Notes under the pieces: generated by a model
Seen by the model: only the letters and a program-made list of their open reading frames with translations
Databases searched by the model: none
What the model was told of the DNA's origin: nothing
Part shown: positions 11,012-24,851 of the stretch, piece by piece
Numbering within the stretch: the stretch's first letter is position 1
Layout: each line of letters opens with the position of its first letter
Translations under genes and position numbers: made by a program
Origin: Trichinella spiralis
Lineage: Eukaryota
Assembly: GCF_000181795.1 (NCBI RefSeq)
Contig: NW_003526941.1
Coordinates: 3,437,689 to 3,501,688, forward strand
Length of the DNA stretch: 64,000 bases
Direction: 5' to 3'

Positions 11012-13490
11012 TTACAAAGCAATATCACGATCATCGGCTATATCTTTACTACTCGTAGCAATCATATTGCACACACCTTCGTCTTCCATGTACGTATGCT
11101 TAAAAACACCAACTGTCTTTAAAAAATAATTCAAAAAATAAAATTATTTCTTACTGCGGCCGAAACAGGCAATAAATTTGATGAATTCTTGGCAATGTCA
11201 TCACTGATTTGTAAAATCTGGTCAAACATTTCAGATAATAGTTTCATCTAAATCGACATCATATACATCGACATATAAAATTTATAAAATTAATTACAAA
11301 ATCATGCTGTACTTTAGAATCAATTTCATGATATTACAGTCATTATTAGAATAAATCACAAAAAATGAAACGCTTAAAATGTACTGCACAAATAATAATT
11401 GAAAATAATGTTGCTTAATATAAATTAGAATTTTCTTTATCCATTACTTGTTTAGGTTACACATCATACAAATATGCAATTTGACAGTACATTAATGATT
11501 TAAACAATTCAAAATAAACTGAAAAAATGCTTAAAATAAGAAATCTAATTTTGTTCCCATCCCAAATAGTCTGAGTGCTCAGAACAGAAAATAAATTACA
11601 CTAAGTTATTATCTATAGTACTAAATAATATCAAATTACAAATAAACATGACTTACATTTTTTGCACATTTGGTGCTCTCTGGTGAAAAGCTACCTTCAG
11701 ATAATGTAACTAGACCATTCACTTCATCAATTTGAGCTTTCAATTCGCCAGTCTGAACCTAAAGTTAAAAATGAAATTCCACAAGTCCGGAAAATTTACT
11801 ATGCACATAAACAAACCATATCCATTATAAATTTAATGACATCTTTATCCTGATGAATGTAGCACATTTTTCCAAAATCACAAACTTTCAAAGTACGATA
11901 AATCTAAAATTAATGAAAAATAATTTATTTCTCACGCAAAAACAGAGTGCTTATTTTATACCTTAGACAACTGCTGCGCTTTACGTTTTCGCATTGCATT
12001 CAGCACTTGCTTAGCTAGTCCCAAATTGCAATCCTAACATTTCAATTATTAGAAAGAATTATATTTTAAATTTTAACTGTCCTTACAGCTTTAAAAGTAT
12101 TTTCATATTTCATAATTACAGTCTCAACCAATTCAAAATTGCATGCAGAACAAGCCTTGGCCAGTTCATCATACGGCAATACGGAAAAAAATGGAAAAGC
12201 AATAAAAAAACTAGCACATGTATATTTTGGTAACGACACACTCTAAAAATGAATAGTTTACAGAAATACGACCTACGGTTAAAGCTTACTTCTCCAAACA
12301 GAATCAAATTAATTAATAAATACTTTTCATAACTATCAATGAACATAGGCAATAAACATTTCGTTGGAACGGTCAATACCTGATAATAACAAAGTCAACA
12401 GTGATAATTAGTATTAAAAATATAAAACAGTTTAAATAAAACGATTACCATTTCAAAAAAGAAATGTGCTCTCTCCATATCTTTTATGACTGACAAAATC
12501 ATTCCCCCATAATAATAATAAAGTACAAAATGCTTTGCACTAACACGACCTTGATAGGACTAGAAAAAATATTCGTTTTATGTAAAGTAAAATAGAAGCA
12601 AACTTCGCTTACTTCTGGAAGTAAATACTTAATGGGTGCGATTAAGAATGGAACTGCAGGATTCACATTTTTAGCACGCAAGCAAATCTGAACATTATTC
12701 AAATTATTTCATTGCTCAAAGAATCGAGTCGACAAAGACTACCATGCATAAATCGGCGTGAATAGATGTCCAACAATTTGGTGATTGCTGAAGACGCCTT
12801 ATCGCTTTCACCAGCATGTCAATTCCCAATCCGCACTAAATTTTCAGGTAGACATAAATACATTTTAACAACTTTTAAAGTAAACAAAAACCTCATCCTC
12901 AGACACTAAATGTTTTGCTACACGATGACAAACTGCGAGATCTAAAATTAGTCAAACATTTATGATTGAAATAGACCAACATTGTAAACCTTACATAAAT
13001 CTAATGCGATTTCCAACTGACGCTGTTCAATAACTTCAACAATCTCTTTGAAACAGGATATAATATTCTTTATTTCAGATTGAACATCAGAAGAATCCAA
13101 TGTACCCAAACACTGAGTTCTGGCGTATCTTAAATTTTACAGATTAAACGTAATTTTTAGTAAAGTAACTGAAATTTACAAGACACCAAGCGCAGCAATC
13201 GAAAACTGCGGTAAATTCTGCTGATAAAATGTCGTAACATTAGGGGAAGAAGTTAACAAAGTACCATTTGCACATGTGCGCAAGAAGGTAGTTAAGGCTT
13301 GATAATCATCTAAAATAATGTCAGCACTAAGTATGATAAGCAAAACATCGCATAAAAAACAAAATATTACATTACATCAAGATAATGCAACATGCATAAA
13401 AATATTGAAATTCAAAAACTTACGATTGGTAGTGTACGAGTTGATAGCATCTAGAATAGGATTCGAATTGCGCTGAAAGCTATCAGCCAT
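11012..13490 (-). CDS. csn-3: COP9 signalosome subunit 3 (multi-exon)
   Basis: Exons assembled by hand: MADSFQRNSNPILDAINSY..., GIDMLVKAIRRLQQSPNCWTSIHADLC, ICLRAKNVNPAVPFL, LTVPTKCLLPMFIDSYEKYLLINLILFGEV. These parallel the COPS3 motifs (LTSIHADLCQLCL; ESYKKYILVSLILLG). A TTTCAG acceptor lies 5 nt before the ATG. Some internal exon boundaries were not fully resolved. Confidence 0.88.
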
Positions 13491-15326
13491 TTCCACTGAA
13501 ATCACCTGCTTTATTAACTTTGAAACTTCTATTCTTGCAAGAAAATCTGCAAATCAAGTATTACGGTAATATTTTACAGTAGGGCCACAATTTTAATTTA
13601 AGCAACTTAAATTGTAATTCATGATTATAAATGCAATTCGATTTCAGTGTTGTGAAAAGACATTTTTTCAATATTCCAATGAAACAGACTATTATTTACA
13701 TTTTTTATGAATCTTGTTCCAAAATCATTTTATCACTAGCTAGTTGAGACATTTTTTGCTTGATGAAATTTGACCAGTCTGATGGTGTCCTCATTTCATC
13801 AGTATCATTGTTGTCTCTGCAATTGTTTTTATTGATTCACCACATTTACCACAATCCTTTCATCGCTAGTCGTGCAAATATTAACATTGATAGTTTTTTT
13901 TTAATGTTTTTTAAAATGAAAATTACACCTCCATATCATTTCTATAATATTAAATTTACTTTCAAAATAGTATGTCCTTTTCTAATGTTCCTTAATTAAT
14001 AGTAGTCCTAATTAATAATTTTAATAACAGTATGTAATTGATTTTCATTGGTCACTCTATGTTTAACGCAATGGTTCACTCAAATTATTGAATTTTTCCT
14101 CCTTATGATTTCAGTTTTAACCATTAAATTGTAAATAAATAAAAAATTTAATACTTATCAAGGATTCGGAACTATTAATATATTTCATTAAAATATCGGA
14201 AAATAGAATATTTCATTAAAGTTGAACAATAAATGCAAATAACAATAAATACAAAAATATTAGCTAAATGGAGACCATCTTGACAAACTAGCGGAACGTT
14301 CGTTTGGAGCTGACCCAAATCAATAACCGCCGGCGCGTGACCATGACAGAAGAGAATGTAACAAAATTTGAATTTTTAGCTAGTTTGTACTAGATTATCT
14401 TACAATACTAACATTATAAATTGACGACAAAATGACATCAGAATCAAAAACTTCACTTGATCTGCACACAGTTATGGATAGAAATAAAAAGAGAAATAAG
14501 AAAAGCTACAATCATAACTAATTTCAGTAGAAATTGTTCACAAAATAAAAAAAATCAGATGGTTCATTGATAAAAAACATCATAGTTAACTAAGCTAAGC
14601 TAAAGTAAGGAACGGTGCAGTGGGGGCAACCACCGCAGTATTTCAAGTCAGTCAATGCCAGCTTTTTACTATTACTGTGCGTGAGAAAAAACGGCTCACG
14701 GTTTCACAACATAAAATTACTACTGTACATGTCGAGTTTAACATTAATATTTTATGCGTTACTCATGTTTCTGCAATTTATATGAATTAAATTATTTAAT
14801 AAAACAATTACGAGTTTTTTTGTTTACTACGAACTTTAGAACGAAAGAATTACGAACTTTTTTTTATTAATGGGCAGCAAAAGTGAAAGCTGTCTGATGC
14901 AAGAAAATACAGTATGACATATTTCATTTTTTGCAATATTTAAAATACATTATGCATTATAATGTAAAATACATCATGATTAAAATATAAAATACATTAT
15001 GTCCAAATATTATCACAAACTACTGCGAAACCATGTCTTTTTGAAATGGCCTCAAAGAAATTGGAAATATAGCTTATTTGCGTATGCCATATTACTTAAT
15101 TAATCATTATAGAAAATTTCATAAACGCTATTTTTCCTGTTAATTTTTATAAATTCAATGTTCTGTTATATTTGTTTTATTTTATTTCTATTTATTATAA
15201 TTTTTAAATGCTACAGTAAGAAATTGTACATGCACGTTTGTTTGTTTTTCTGTAATGAAGTTCACTTTGCAATCACGCTATGTTTTTCTAATCTTATGTT
15301 GAAGTGGTTATTATTTTGAAATTAAG

Positions 15327-18300
15327 ATGAGCCATGTTACACAACCGGCTAGATGGACTGGCTATGCGGTTTTGGCACCTCGGGGATCAGCTCGAGGTCG
15401 AAATTCCGCCAGCCGAGCCCGGCTTTTCGCGATGCCTACTACCGCATCATCTTACAATGCTAAACGTTTTCCCTGTAAACTTTGTAAAACAGATTATGAA
15501 TCAGAGGCAGAACTAGAATTTCATATACAAGAACATGAAAATGGAAAATTTGTTATTAATATACCTCCTCCTCCTGTCCTGTCAGAATTAAAAGAAGACA
15601 GTCAGGAAACGACGAGTAAGTACAAAATAATAAATTGTTTCTCTCGTCGTTTTAAAATTGTTTCTTTTTGCTTTTAATGCTTTAAGTCTTCAAATTTATT
15701 TTTAAATGTATGAATTTATTTGTTAATAAAGTTTTTTTTATGTTTTATATCTGAAAATTATTTATTATTTTTTACTATTTAATGAGCATATTTTTGTGAG
15801 GATAAATATGAAAATATTATAAGTAAATCGTTTTAGAAGTTTATTATTATTTTGAAGATTTTTGTAATTACAAAATTAAATACTTTATATTTTATGTTTG
15901 TATGTTATGATAGATATTTTTATTGCATCTTATAGTTTAAATGTTCTGTGAAAATCTTCTGTAAGTAACGCCTGAGATGATTAATAATTTTGTATTTTAA
16001 ATAAGTATTTATAGGCAGTCGCATGTGTTTCTAGACTGAGATGCATTACAGTATTAGTTTTGTTTTAAGATGTACAAAAAAGTTGATTTGTGGAAATTGA
16101 ACAGCTTATATTTTTATGTTAATATTAATGTAAAATAAATTCTTTTTTCTTGCTTTTCTTGTGAAAACAACCGCAAATTATTTTACTGTGTTAGTAGATA
16201 TTCAGGTATTATTGATATAAACTTTTAAAGAAAAATAGGTCAGTATTACTCCTTATTTTTTTAAATTATTTATTAGTTGAATATATCACTGTTTATTAAA
16301 AAAGATAGTATAATTTATTTTAAACGTAATATTTTTTTCAGATTTAGATATGGACGAAGGCTCTTTTCGTGGAAGGCGACTGCGCTGCAATATGTGCGGT
16401 GAAAGATTTCAAGACAGGTCTCTGTTTGGGCAACATTTAGCTGATCATGAGAATCCTGAAGGAAGTCGCACTGCGCGAAAAAAAGTTGGAGAGTCTGATT
16501 CGGTGCCGACTTTGGTTAAAATGGAGAAATCTCAGGATGATGTGGATGAAAAAGAGAAGGTTATGTCCGAGCCACCAAGTTTACTTCGTGAACAAATGGG
16601 TAGTCCAGAAGATTATTTTGTTGAAGAAGAAGAGGATGATGATGATGATGAGGAGGAGGAAGATGATAGAGATGAGGAGGAAACATATGAATGCAAGGAA
16701 TGTCACGCTACGTTTAGCAGTTATCGAGGTTTGTTAACCCATACTTCTCGCAAGCATGGTAATGCTGCAATGAATGCTTTGCGAAACAAAACGTTGAAGA
16801 CGGAGAACATCTACGATGATTATTCTGAAGGTATGAGAGATGAATTTTTTTTCGTTGCTTAACTCAAAGAATTTAGCTTACAAATACGCTGAAATCGGAG
16901 ATGTACCAGGCGCCGCTTCAACAAAGGATACGGAAGTATTTCCGTGTCGTCAGTGTCCAGATCGTATTTTCCTGACATCTTACGGATTGGAACGTCATAC
17001 AAGACTGACTCATCCGGATAAAGTCAAAGAAGTTTTGCAATATATTGATGATATCGAACGGCATAAGTCAATGGCTAGTAACATTGGCAGTGTTGTCGAT
17101 ACTCCAGTTATACGTGCTCGTGGTCGAGGGCGTGGTAGGCGTGGTCGTGGACGTTCTCTAACGAACACCAGTTCTAGCCGCTCTTTGCGTTATCGCGAAG
17201 ACACGCCATCTCCACCAATTGTCTTAGGTGATGAGTATGATGAATTCAGCTTTCCAGCTCTACCTCCTTATAATCCTGATGAAGATTCACAAGGAGGAAA
17301 AGAGGAAGATACTGAATACGTATATGAAAGTTCGGTTAGCGAAGATGATCTTGTTCAATCCCGGCATTCAAGTACCGGTAGGCAGAGGAGATCTTCCACT
17401 TACTCTAATCGGGACTTTCAAATAGAATTGGATGAAACAGGCGACATGTATCAAGTATGCACATTCTTTTAAAATTTGTAAAATATGCTGTAATGTTTTG
17501 TATTGTGCTGCGTTGTGTTGTGATTTATGTATTTCTTTTTTCAAATGACATACATTTGTGTGTGTATAGGTATGTATGTATGTATGTATGCATCTCTTCT
17601 GTTTAGATTGTTCGGCAGCACAGTGAAGCGATGGTGGCTGCTGCTAGCTTTACAGAATCTCGCGCTCATGGTAGACCACGTCGATCAAATGGCACACCGA
17701 AGGCTAAATATCAGTCCTGCGAAACTTGCGGTATTCTCATCAATACGGAACATCCACGTGCCATGGAAAGTCACATGAAGGCACATCAGAAAAATATGGA
17801 ACTTCGCCAAGAATTGTTACGCTTGTATGGCAACAATTGGGTTGATCAGGTAACATGTCGCGAATGCAATTTGGTATTCAAAGATGGAGATAAATTGGAA
17901 CAACATCGGCGCAACGTACACGTCAAACGGCGACATTTTTTATGTCGTTTTTGCGGAGATGTTTTCAGAAATATGAGAGATTTGAATTTGCATAAGGAAC
18001 GACGCCATGAGGCTTTTGAAGGTAAATTTATGTTTTTTTAATATAAAGTAGTAGTATTTTTAACTGATGGATAATGAAAGAATAGTGGAATAAATCAGTT
18101 TTATTTTTGTAATGCTTTTCTCAGTTGCAGTCAGACTTATGCAGTGAATCTCATTATTGAATAGTAGCCGATTATTAATTATTTCATTTTATTCTAGAGT
18201 TTTCTGGTATTGAAAAGCTGATAGCCTGATTTATTTTTAAATTAGATGAGTTATTTTTGTAAGCATTTGCTATAAATGGGATTTATTTTGTAGGTCATCG

Positions 18301-21050
18301 TCGAGGAGCCGATCCAAATGCATCAATGACATTTAGCTATCAACGACGTGGTAATAATTATGAAGATAGTCGTAGCTTCTATGGAACTGATGCATCGCGA
18401 GTTTCTGATTTACCATTCATAATGACCTGCGCTTATTGCAAAGCGATGTTTGGTCGCGTTGGAGAATATATGCAGCATATGCTTGAAATCCATCATCGTC
18501 TGGATTCAGTCACTACTTTGGACGCTAAGTATTTTGCTCCATTTAAAGTCGACTGCTATAAAGGTTTTTTTCTCAATTGATTACATCATTTGTCTTATTT
18601 TGAATTTTAACTCTGATATCTTTTGTTTTTAGGAAAGGTTCATTTTGGTTGCTGTGATTTGATTTTATATGACCACAACGAAATGGCAGTGCATCGTCGT
18701 ACTGTTCACGGCTCGTCTGCCAGTGGACGTCCGAAGAAATGCAGATACTGTCCCATAGTTTTGATGAACACTGCCACTTACGATCGCCACATTGCGACGC
18801 ATCGTTTCCGCAAATGCACAATATGTCATTGTTCATTTGGCACGTCGACTGCAGACTACACCTTGTACAGATCTCACATGCTGAAACACAGAGAGCATGG
18901 TATGTTCTTCTATATATTTTTGTCATTGTTGTTTTTTTTTCAAATTCTAGGCTACGACATCCCATTGTCGATGATCGACGATGGAATTAATCCTACTGAA
19001 CGTGATTTTCTGATGGCAGTTAACAACGAAGAAGAATGTGGTGATGGTTCTGACGACGATTACAGTGTATTTTCCGGATCAGGAGTGGAATCTAATGCTG
19101 AAGACGAGGAGGATGATGAAAATTTGATAACCTGCTTTTTTTGTGGCAAATATTTCTCATGCGTTGGTCGCAGCCGAGTGCATATGAAGCTTCACTTGCA
19201 GAAACACTTGCGAGGCATGAAATTTAAGACGGCGCCCTTCAGCGGCAAATTGCACGACAAGTTGCGTTGTTATTTGTGCGGAAAAGTGAGATACAATCGT
19301 GCGGCGATGGCGTTTCACTTTATCCAATGTATGAGAAGAAGAAAAGGTTTCATTCGCACCACTGAAATTGACCCACCTTCGGTCGTTGTAATAAAAAAAG
19401 AGGAAGACATTTCGGCGGAACCGGTGCTGGCGAATATACGGTTGCCGACAGTTACCGCGGGCGGGGCGTTGTCGATGGAATTGCAGGATGAATTGGATGC
19501 GCGATGCCAGGAGGATGGCAAAAATTTCAAAAATCCGAGTTTTTTGAACAGGTCGTTTTTGTTGACTTGGAAATCTGTCGACGACAAACCAGACAGTGTG
19601 GAAATCAGTTGCATGCTGTGCGCCGAGACGTTTGAGAACTTTTTGCAAGCTGCGTTTCATGTGAAAAAGGTTCATATTGACAACGGTGAAGGTGGAAAGG
19701 TGGAAAATGTTGACCGGAAATTGTTTGAACAAAACTCAGGCATGCTTGGCATGTCGACGATAAAGCCCAACAAGCAGCAGTCGGAATCAGCAAGCAGAGG
19801 TGCGAGAGGGAACAACACCACGGCCGTAGTGTTTCCAATGTATGGCGGTTTGGATCGGCCTAAGAATCAGAAGAAATTTCGCTGTTTCAATTGCTTGATG
19901 AATTTCAAAACCAAGCAAGAACTCGAGAGGCACAAGCTGACCCACAGACCGAAACGAGAATATCGATGCCGCATATGTCGGCAGCATTTTTGGACAAGCA
20001 AGGGTCTTGATCGTCACTTGAAATTGCATGACGTGAACAACATGTATTGTCAGATTTGTTTCAAAAAGTTCAAAACTTGCGAAGCTTTGCAAAAGCACGA
20101 AACTTGCCACGAATTGGCAAATTCGCTGTACCAGTGCGAAGATTGCAATTTGTCGGTTTGCAGCATGAGGCAGTTGAACAATCATTTCATGCAGTCACAC
20201 TGTGGAATCAGCATATTGACTTGTATGGTTTGTGCGGCAATTCACACCGACAAGCGAGTGTTGAAACAGCACATCAGGTCCGCGCATCCGGATTTGGTGG
20301 TGCGTTGTGTGAAGTGCAAGAAGCGGTTTTCTTGTCCATTTTTGGTCAAGCGTCATTTCAATCGTGTCCACATGTACGAACGGACAGAGTCGTGCCCGTC
20401 TTGTGGAAAGATTTTTTTCGACAAACGTTCGCTGACTTTGCACCGTTGGCATCATTTATCTTTTTCTGGACGATATCAGTGCATGATTTGCGATCAACTT
20501 TTCGACAATATTCGGCAAATGCAAGTGCATTTGAAAAGTTCCCACTCGGACATTGTTGTCAAAGATGACGGTGACAACGCGATATTCGTTTATGATACGG
20601 AAAAAATACGACGTGGTTATGTGCAACGTGGCGGTGATTCAGTGGAAGTTGAATATATGTCGCAGTGTTGCTTCTGTGTCAAAGCGTTTGCTAACAAAGC
20701 TGAAGCAGTGAATCATTTATTTTTAAGACACGGTTTTGCACGTCAGCCACCCAAGTGCTACGCATGCGGGGCGGCGTTCAATTTCGTGAAGACTCTGCGA
20801 GCCCATTTAGCAGCGCGACATGGTATTTATTCCACATCCAACAACACTCAAGATGTCGAAATGACAGAAATTCGTAAGTTTTTCCGTTGTTACTCAATTT
20901 TGTCTATATCCTTGAAGTAGTGTTTATTTATTATTTATAATTTTTCCATCTTCACCAGATAATGAATCAGTTACTGGCATTTCTGAACATGAAGGGAGTA
21001 TGCTGATGGGAAGCATGGCAGATGTTGGTTACGTGAACACCTTTTCCTGA
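15327..21050 (+). CDS. Large multi-C2H2 zinc-finger protein (multi-exon)
   Basis: Many CxxC-x12-Hx3-4H fingers across ORFs 15327, 16350, 16840, 17631, 18326 and 18623, joined by GT-AG introns. Also an acidic tract and an RGRGR tract. The last exon 20959-21050 ends VNTFS*. Confidence 0.9.
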
Positions 21051-21559
21051 ATACAACAGAGCATTTCATGTACACACAACAGGTATATATATACACGAAC
21101 AATTGGCTGTCTCTCTCTGCTTGTGAAAATCCGTGTGGTTCTACTTTGTTATTATTTTTAGCGCAGCTGATTATCAGTCAACTTAGTTTTTTGAATGTTT
21201 AAATTTAATATTTAAAAAAATTTTCATAAACAGGTTATATGTCATAGGAAAATTTATTTTTGTAGAATGTTGTTTTATGATGGTATTACGCTGCCGTTGA
21301 AACTTTGAAATTCAAGCCTGCTGTGTAAAATGCTTTGTATTGGAATGGATAAATTTGTAGCAAATTCTTTTTCTTTTTACCAATTTCATTTATTATTATT
21401 ATTATTATTATTATTATCGTCATCATCATTTCATATAATCTTCATTGACGCTATATCTATAAATTAGTATTCGCACTACCCTTTTGATTTTATGCATAAC
21501 GAACTTTAAATAGATAGTATACTTCAAAAATATGCTTAGGGCATTTCACTGTTTCATTT

Positions 21560-22252
21560 TCATTGGTCGTCTTCGCTGTCGTCGTCTGTGCTTTCGGTGT
21601 GGTCAGCTAGCGAAATAAAGTGCACCATATTATATTATTAAATTTTTGCCTTGTCATTTTTGATATGCTTTTACCATATTGTCCACAGTCAGCGGGTCCT
21701 TTGGTTTTCGAATTATCGAATTCTCGGCCCCATTTATCCACACACCAACACTGTGCTTCATAACATTGTTCCGGTCGATAGAAACCTTCCACATCACACT
21801 GTGGTATAAATGCACCTAAAAGCACCAGACAACCACCAGTTTCAAAGGCCTTTTTTATAAAAAAAAATTACCAAGAAGATGTGGATCAGTAAGACGACGG
21901 GCTGCGTGACATGGTGGTTCCTCTTTTTCTGAAATCATTATTCCAGTTTTCAAGAATGTATTATTTCGGAAACTTTGAGAAAAGACAATTGCAAACTCTT
22001 CTCACCTCGATTTGCCCACTGGAAACAATCGCACCATTCATCCAAGGAAAGTTCACCGTTTTGACTGACATCGCATGCATCCAAGAAATGATGGATGCAA
22101 TTTTTGTACTTGTCATGATCAAGAGAAAACAGTTCTTCGTATTGCAATCGGCCGTCTTTGTTTCCATCCAGTTGGCCAAACATCCAACCCACATCTTCAT
22201 TGCACGAAACATGATGTTCTAAGAAAATAAGACAAGATTATAAGATTCGACA

Positions 22253-22309
<57 letters not shown>

Positions 22310-23638
22310 ATGTATTTTTTAATGGTTCTTTTTTTAAAAAAATAAATATGAAACTAATTGCTAACTGACTGCTCTATTGATTCTTGCTGCACTGCTGTTT
22401 CAATTTAAATTTGTGGAAAGCAATTCACGTGGCTTATTAAATAAAAAAAATAATAAAATCTGCATTTGCAAAAACAATACGGAAATGTTGTCTACGTGCG
22501 TAACAATTGCTTAACGTAAGTGAATAAAATGCACATTTTTTACTAGGCAGAAGAACAGGCACGGCACTAGTGCTTTGCATTCGTAAATCGCCGAACCATT
22601 TCAAAAGTAGAGCTTCTATAGTGATGAGCTGCTTATCAGAACAAGCTGAAAATACGTTATATGCAAAGAGTAGTAATTGGTGCTAAATTTCACCGAAACC
22701 TTTCTCGTAGAGTTTCAGATGTTTGGGTGGAAATTTGTCAAAGTGTTCAAAGTCTTCAATTTTTATCGAAGGATCTAATATTTTGGTGTGGTATTTTTTA
22801 TTTGCATGCAATCGCTTAAAATCGGAAAAACGAGGCTGATATGATTCTTCTTCGTCTTCAGCTGACTGATCTCCTCCAAAGTTTGCCGTTTCCAATAACC
22901 TGAAAATCACTTTTAGTATACTGTAAAACAAAAGGATGAACCCACTGACAGTTGATTAGCCTTGTGGCGACTGACGCAAAGCGCGATTTCGTTTATCAAC
23001 GTACAAACTTCATCTTCTTTGCATTTAATCAACATGCAAGCATGATCTGAAATAAAGAGCTGATAATGTTTTTCGAATGTTACTGAACAGCACGGATGTG
23101 TCTAATCGATAAAAAAACTTCTCAAATAGAAAAAAAGAAGTGATTTATAAGACTGATTGATTTAAATAAGTTAAATGTTTCAAAATAAATGAGTGATTGC
23201 ATGCGTGTCAAAGAATAAGGTGTCTGTCAAACGTTGTGCCGTATACCTTCTTCTTCATGTTTAAAAGTTAACTGACGTCGACTAAAAAATGTTAAGCTAA
23301 AGTCTGAATGAATCAGACTTGTGTTATTTATCAACCTTTAAAATATATTTAAAAAATAATAATAATAATTTGAAAAGAAGGGTGCGGCTGTAAAAAATCG
23401 CTAATCACTCAAAAATTATCCTAAAGTAGAATACAAAAATTATACTTACCTTTGTCAAGCTGGTGAAATTCCAAAATCTTAAACGAGTGAATTTTAGGAA
23501 AATTTAACTCCTGCTAAGGAAGAGAACAAAAGCTGTTCATCAGAAAGTTATTAATTTTATAAAACTTACTTGATCAACTGCAGACTGACCAAAATTGAAA
23601 ATTGAACAGAAAGAGATGGTGAAAAAAATGAACAACAT
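21560..23638 (-). CDS. Testican/SPOCK-like secreted proteoglycan (SPARC-type EF-hand domain plus thyroglobulin type-1 domain)
   Basis: Signal peptide MLFIFFTISFCSIFNFGQSA. SPARC EC domain: WMFGQLDGNKDGRL...CIHHFLDACDVSQNGELSLDEWCDCF. Thyroglobulin-1 domain: GAFIPQCDVEGFYRPEQC...CWCVDKWG. Acidic C-terminus. Confidence 0.88.
22257..22300. repeat. (TA)n microsatellite in a testican intron
   Basis: About 20 consecutive TA units. Confidence 0.95.
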
Positions 23639-24006
23639 AATTGAAAGTGAAAATCAAAAGAACGTCATACAATGGCACTAGGCAGAATGAAGTTTGCTCT
23701 GTGTTCGACTTTCGAGAAGGCACACAGCACCGATGTGTTCCAACTTTACTAATGCATAATAACAAATAGCGATGAAGCAAAGCAAAGCAAAGCAGCTGCG
23801 CGCATTCGCCAGCAACGCCCAATGCCACAGCAACAGCCAAGTAAACACTATAAATAAACAAAAGTAAAAGTTCAACCACTATAAATAAATAAATAAATAT
23901 AAACAGCACACATTCAAGAAAAAAATAAAAAGTATCAAACAACGATTAGTAAGTTTATTTTTTTCCAATGAATAATAATAACAACAGTTATACAGTTTCA
24001 CATTCA

Positions 24007-24534
24007 TCATTTTTCCTTTTTTTGAATTCGTCTACGTTTCAATTTTCTTGAGTTGGATATCCTTTTTCGCTTTCGTGGATGCATCCACACTGGAAACTGG
24101 CCATTTCGATTTGACGTTCTTCTGCCAGAATTTGTTTCATTCAAATTCAACACTTCACAATCTGAAACAAACCAACAATCTATGCAAATTAATGAATAGA
24201 AAAGAGAAACTTTTTCGCCCACTTTACCCATTTTTTCATCATCAATCGTCTTTACATCATCAGCACATTCAGTCAGCTTAACATCATCTGAAATTGATCA
24301 TATATTAAAATGTTTGCTCGACGTTGTTTTTCCTTTTTATAGAAAAATCAGACAAGCCTGATGTTATAACACATTTATCAAACAACACTTACTACTTTTG
24401 TCGTCCGCTTTCAAAAAATTGGAATTTAAACGACATACAACAGATTTCAATTTTTCAAGTTCTTTGATTCGATACCTTTCACGTTTGATGTTTCTCATTT
24501 TGCGACGCCATTTGCTACGAAGACTTTTTGCCAT
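24007..24534 (-). CDS. LLPH: LLP homolog (LAPS18 family), 3 exons
   Basis: Hallmark N-terminus MAKSLRSKWRRKMRNIKRERY and C-terminal NGQFPVWMHPRKRKR. Confidence 0.9.
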
Positions 24535-24851
24535 GTAATCTAAAATAAAAATGAAACTCACTTGAAAATAAATGCACAAATTTGAAAAAGCGTCCACGTA
24601 ATCATTTTAAATTTAAATTCAACAAAAATTCAATAATAAACTGGCAGAGACTAAGTGCCCACACCCCAGCCCGCAGTTGAAAAAAATCGCGTGTGCTCAG
24701 TAATCAGATGAATAAAATAAACATAAACTGTTTATTGAAATTTATTTCTTTACTTTTGAAACACTTGTTGTGCAAAATTTCAAACTAAAAATGATGCTTG
24801 AAACTAACACTATGGATTTTGGTCACCAAAAACTCCTACAGATTGTTCTTC

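Noticed and set aside
16831..16876. Apparent frameshift (programmed or pseudogenising) in the zinc-finger gene at a T8 run
   Set aside because: A 46-nt GTATGA...TTTAG intron restores the frame (SE|AYKY). A one-base homopolymer error would also explain it.
18900..18950. Hydrophobic 'TM segment' ([16 protein letters not shown]) in the 765-aa zinc-finger ORF
   Set aside because: It is a translated 51-nt stop-free intron (GTATGT...TTCTAG).
19157..20568. Overlapping antisense and alternative-frame ORFs in the zinc-finger exon
   Set aside because: Shadow ORFs of a long, relatively GC-rich coding exon; no motifs.
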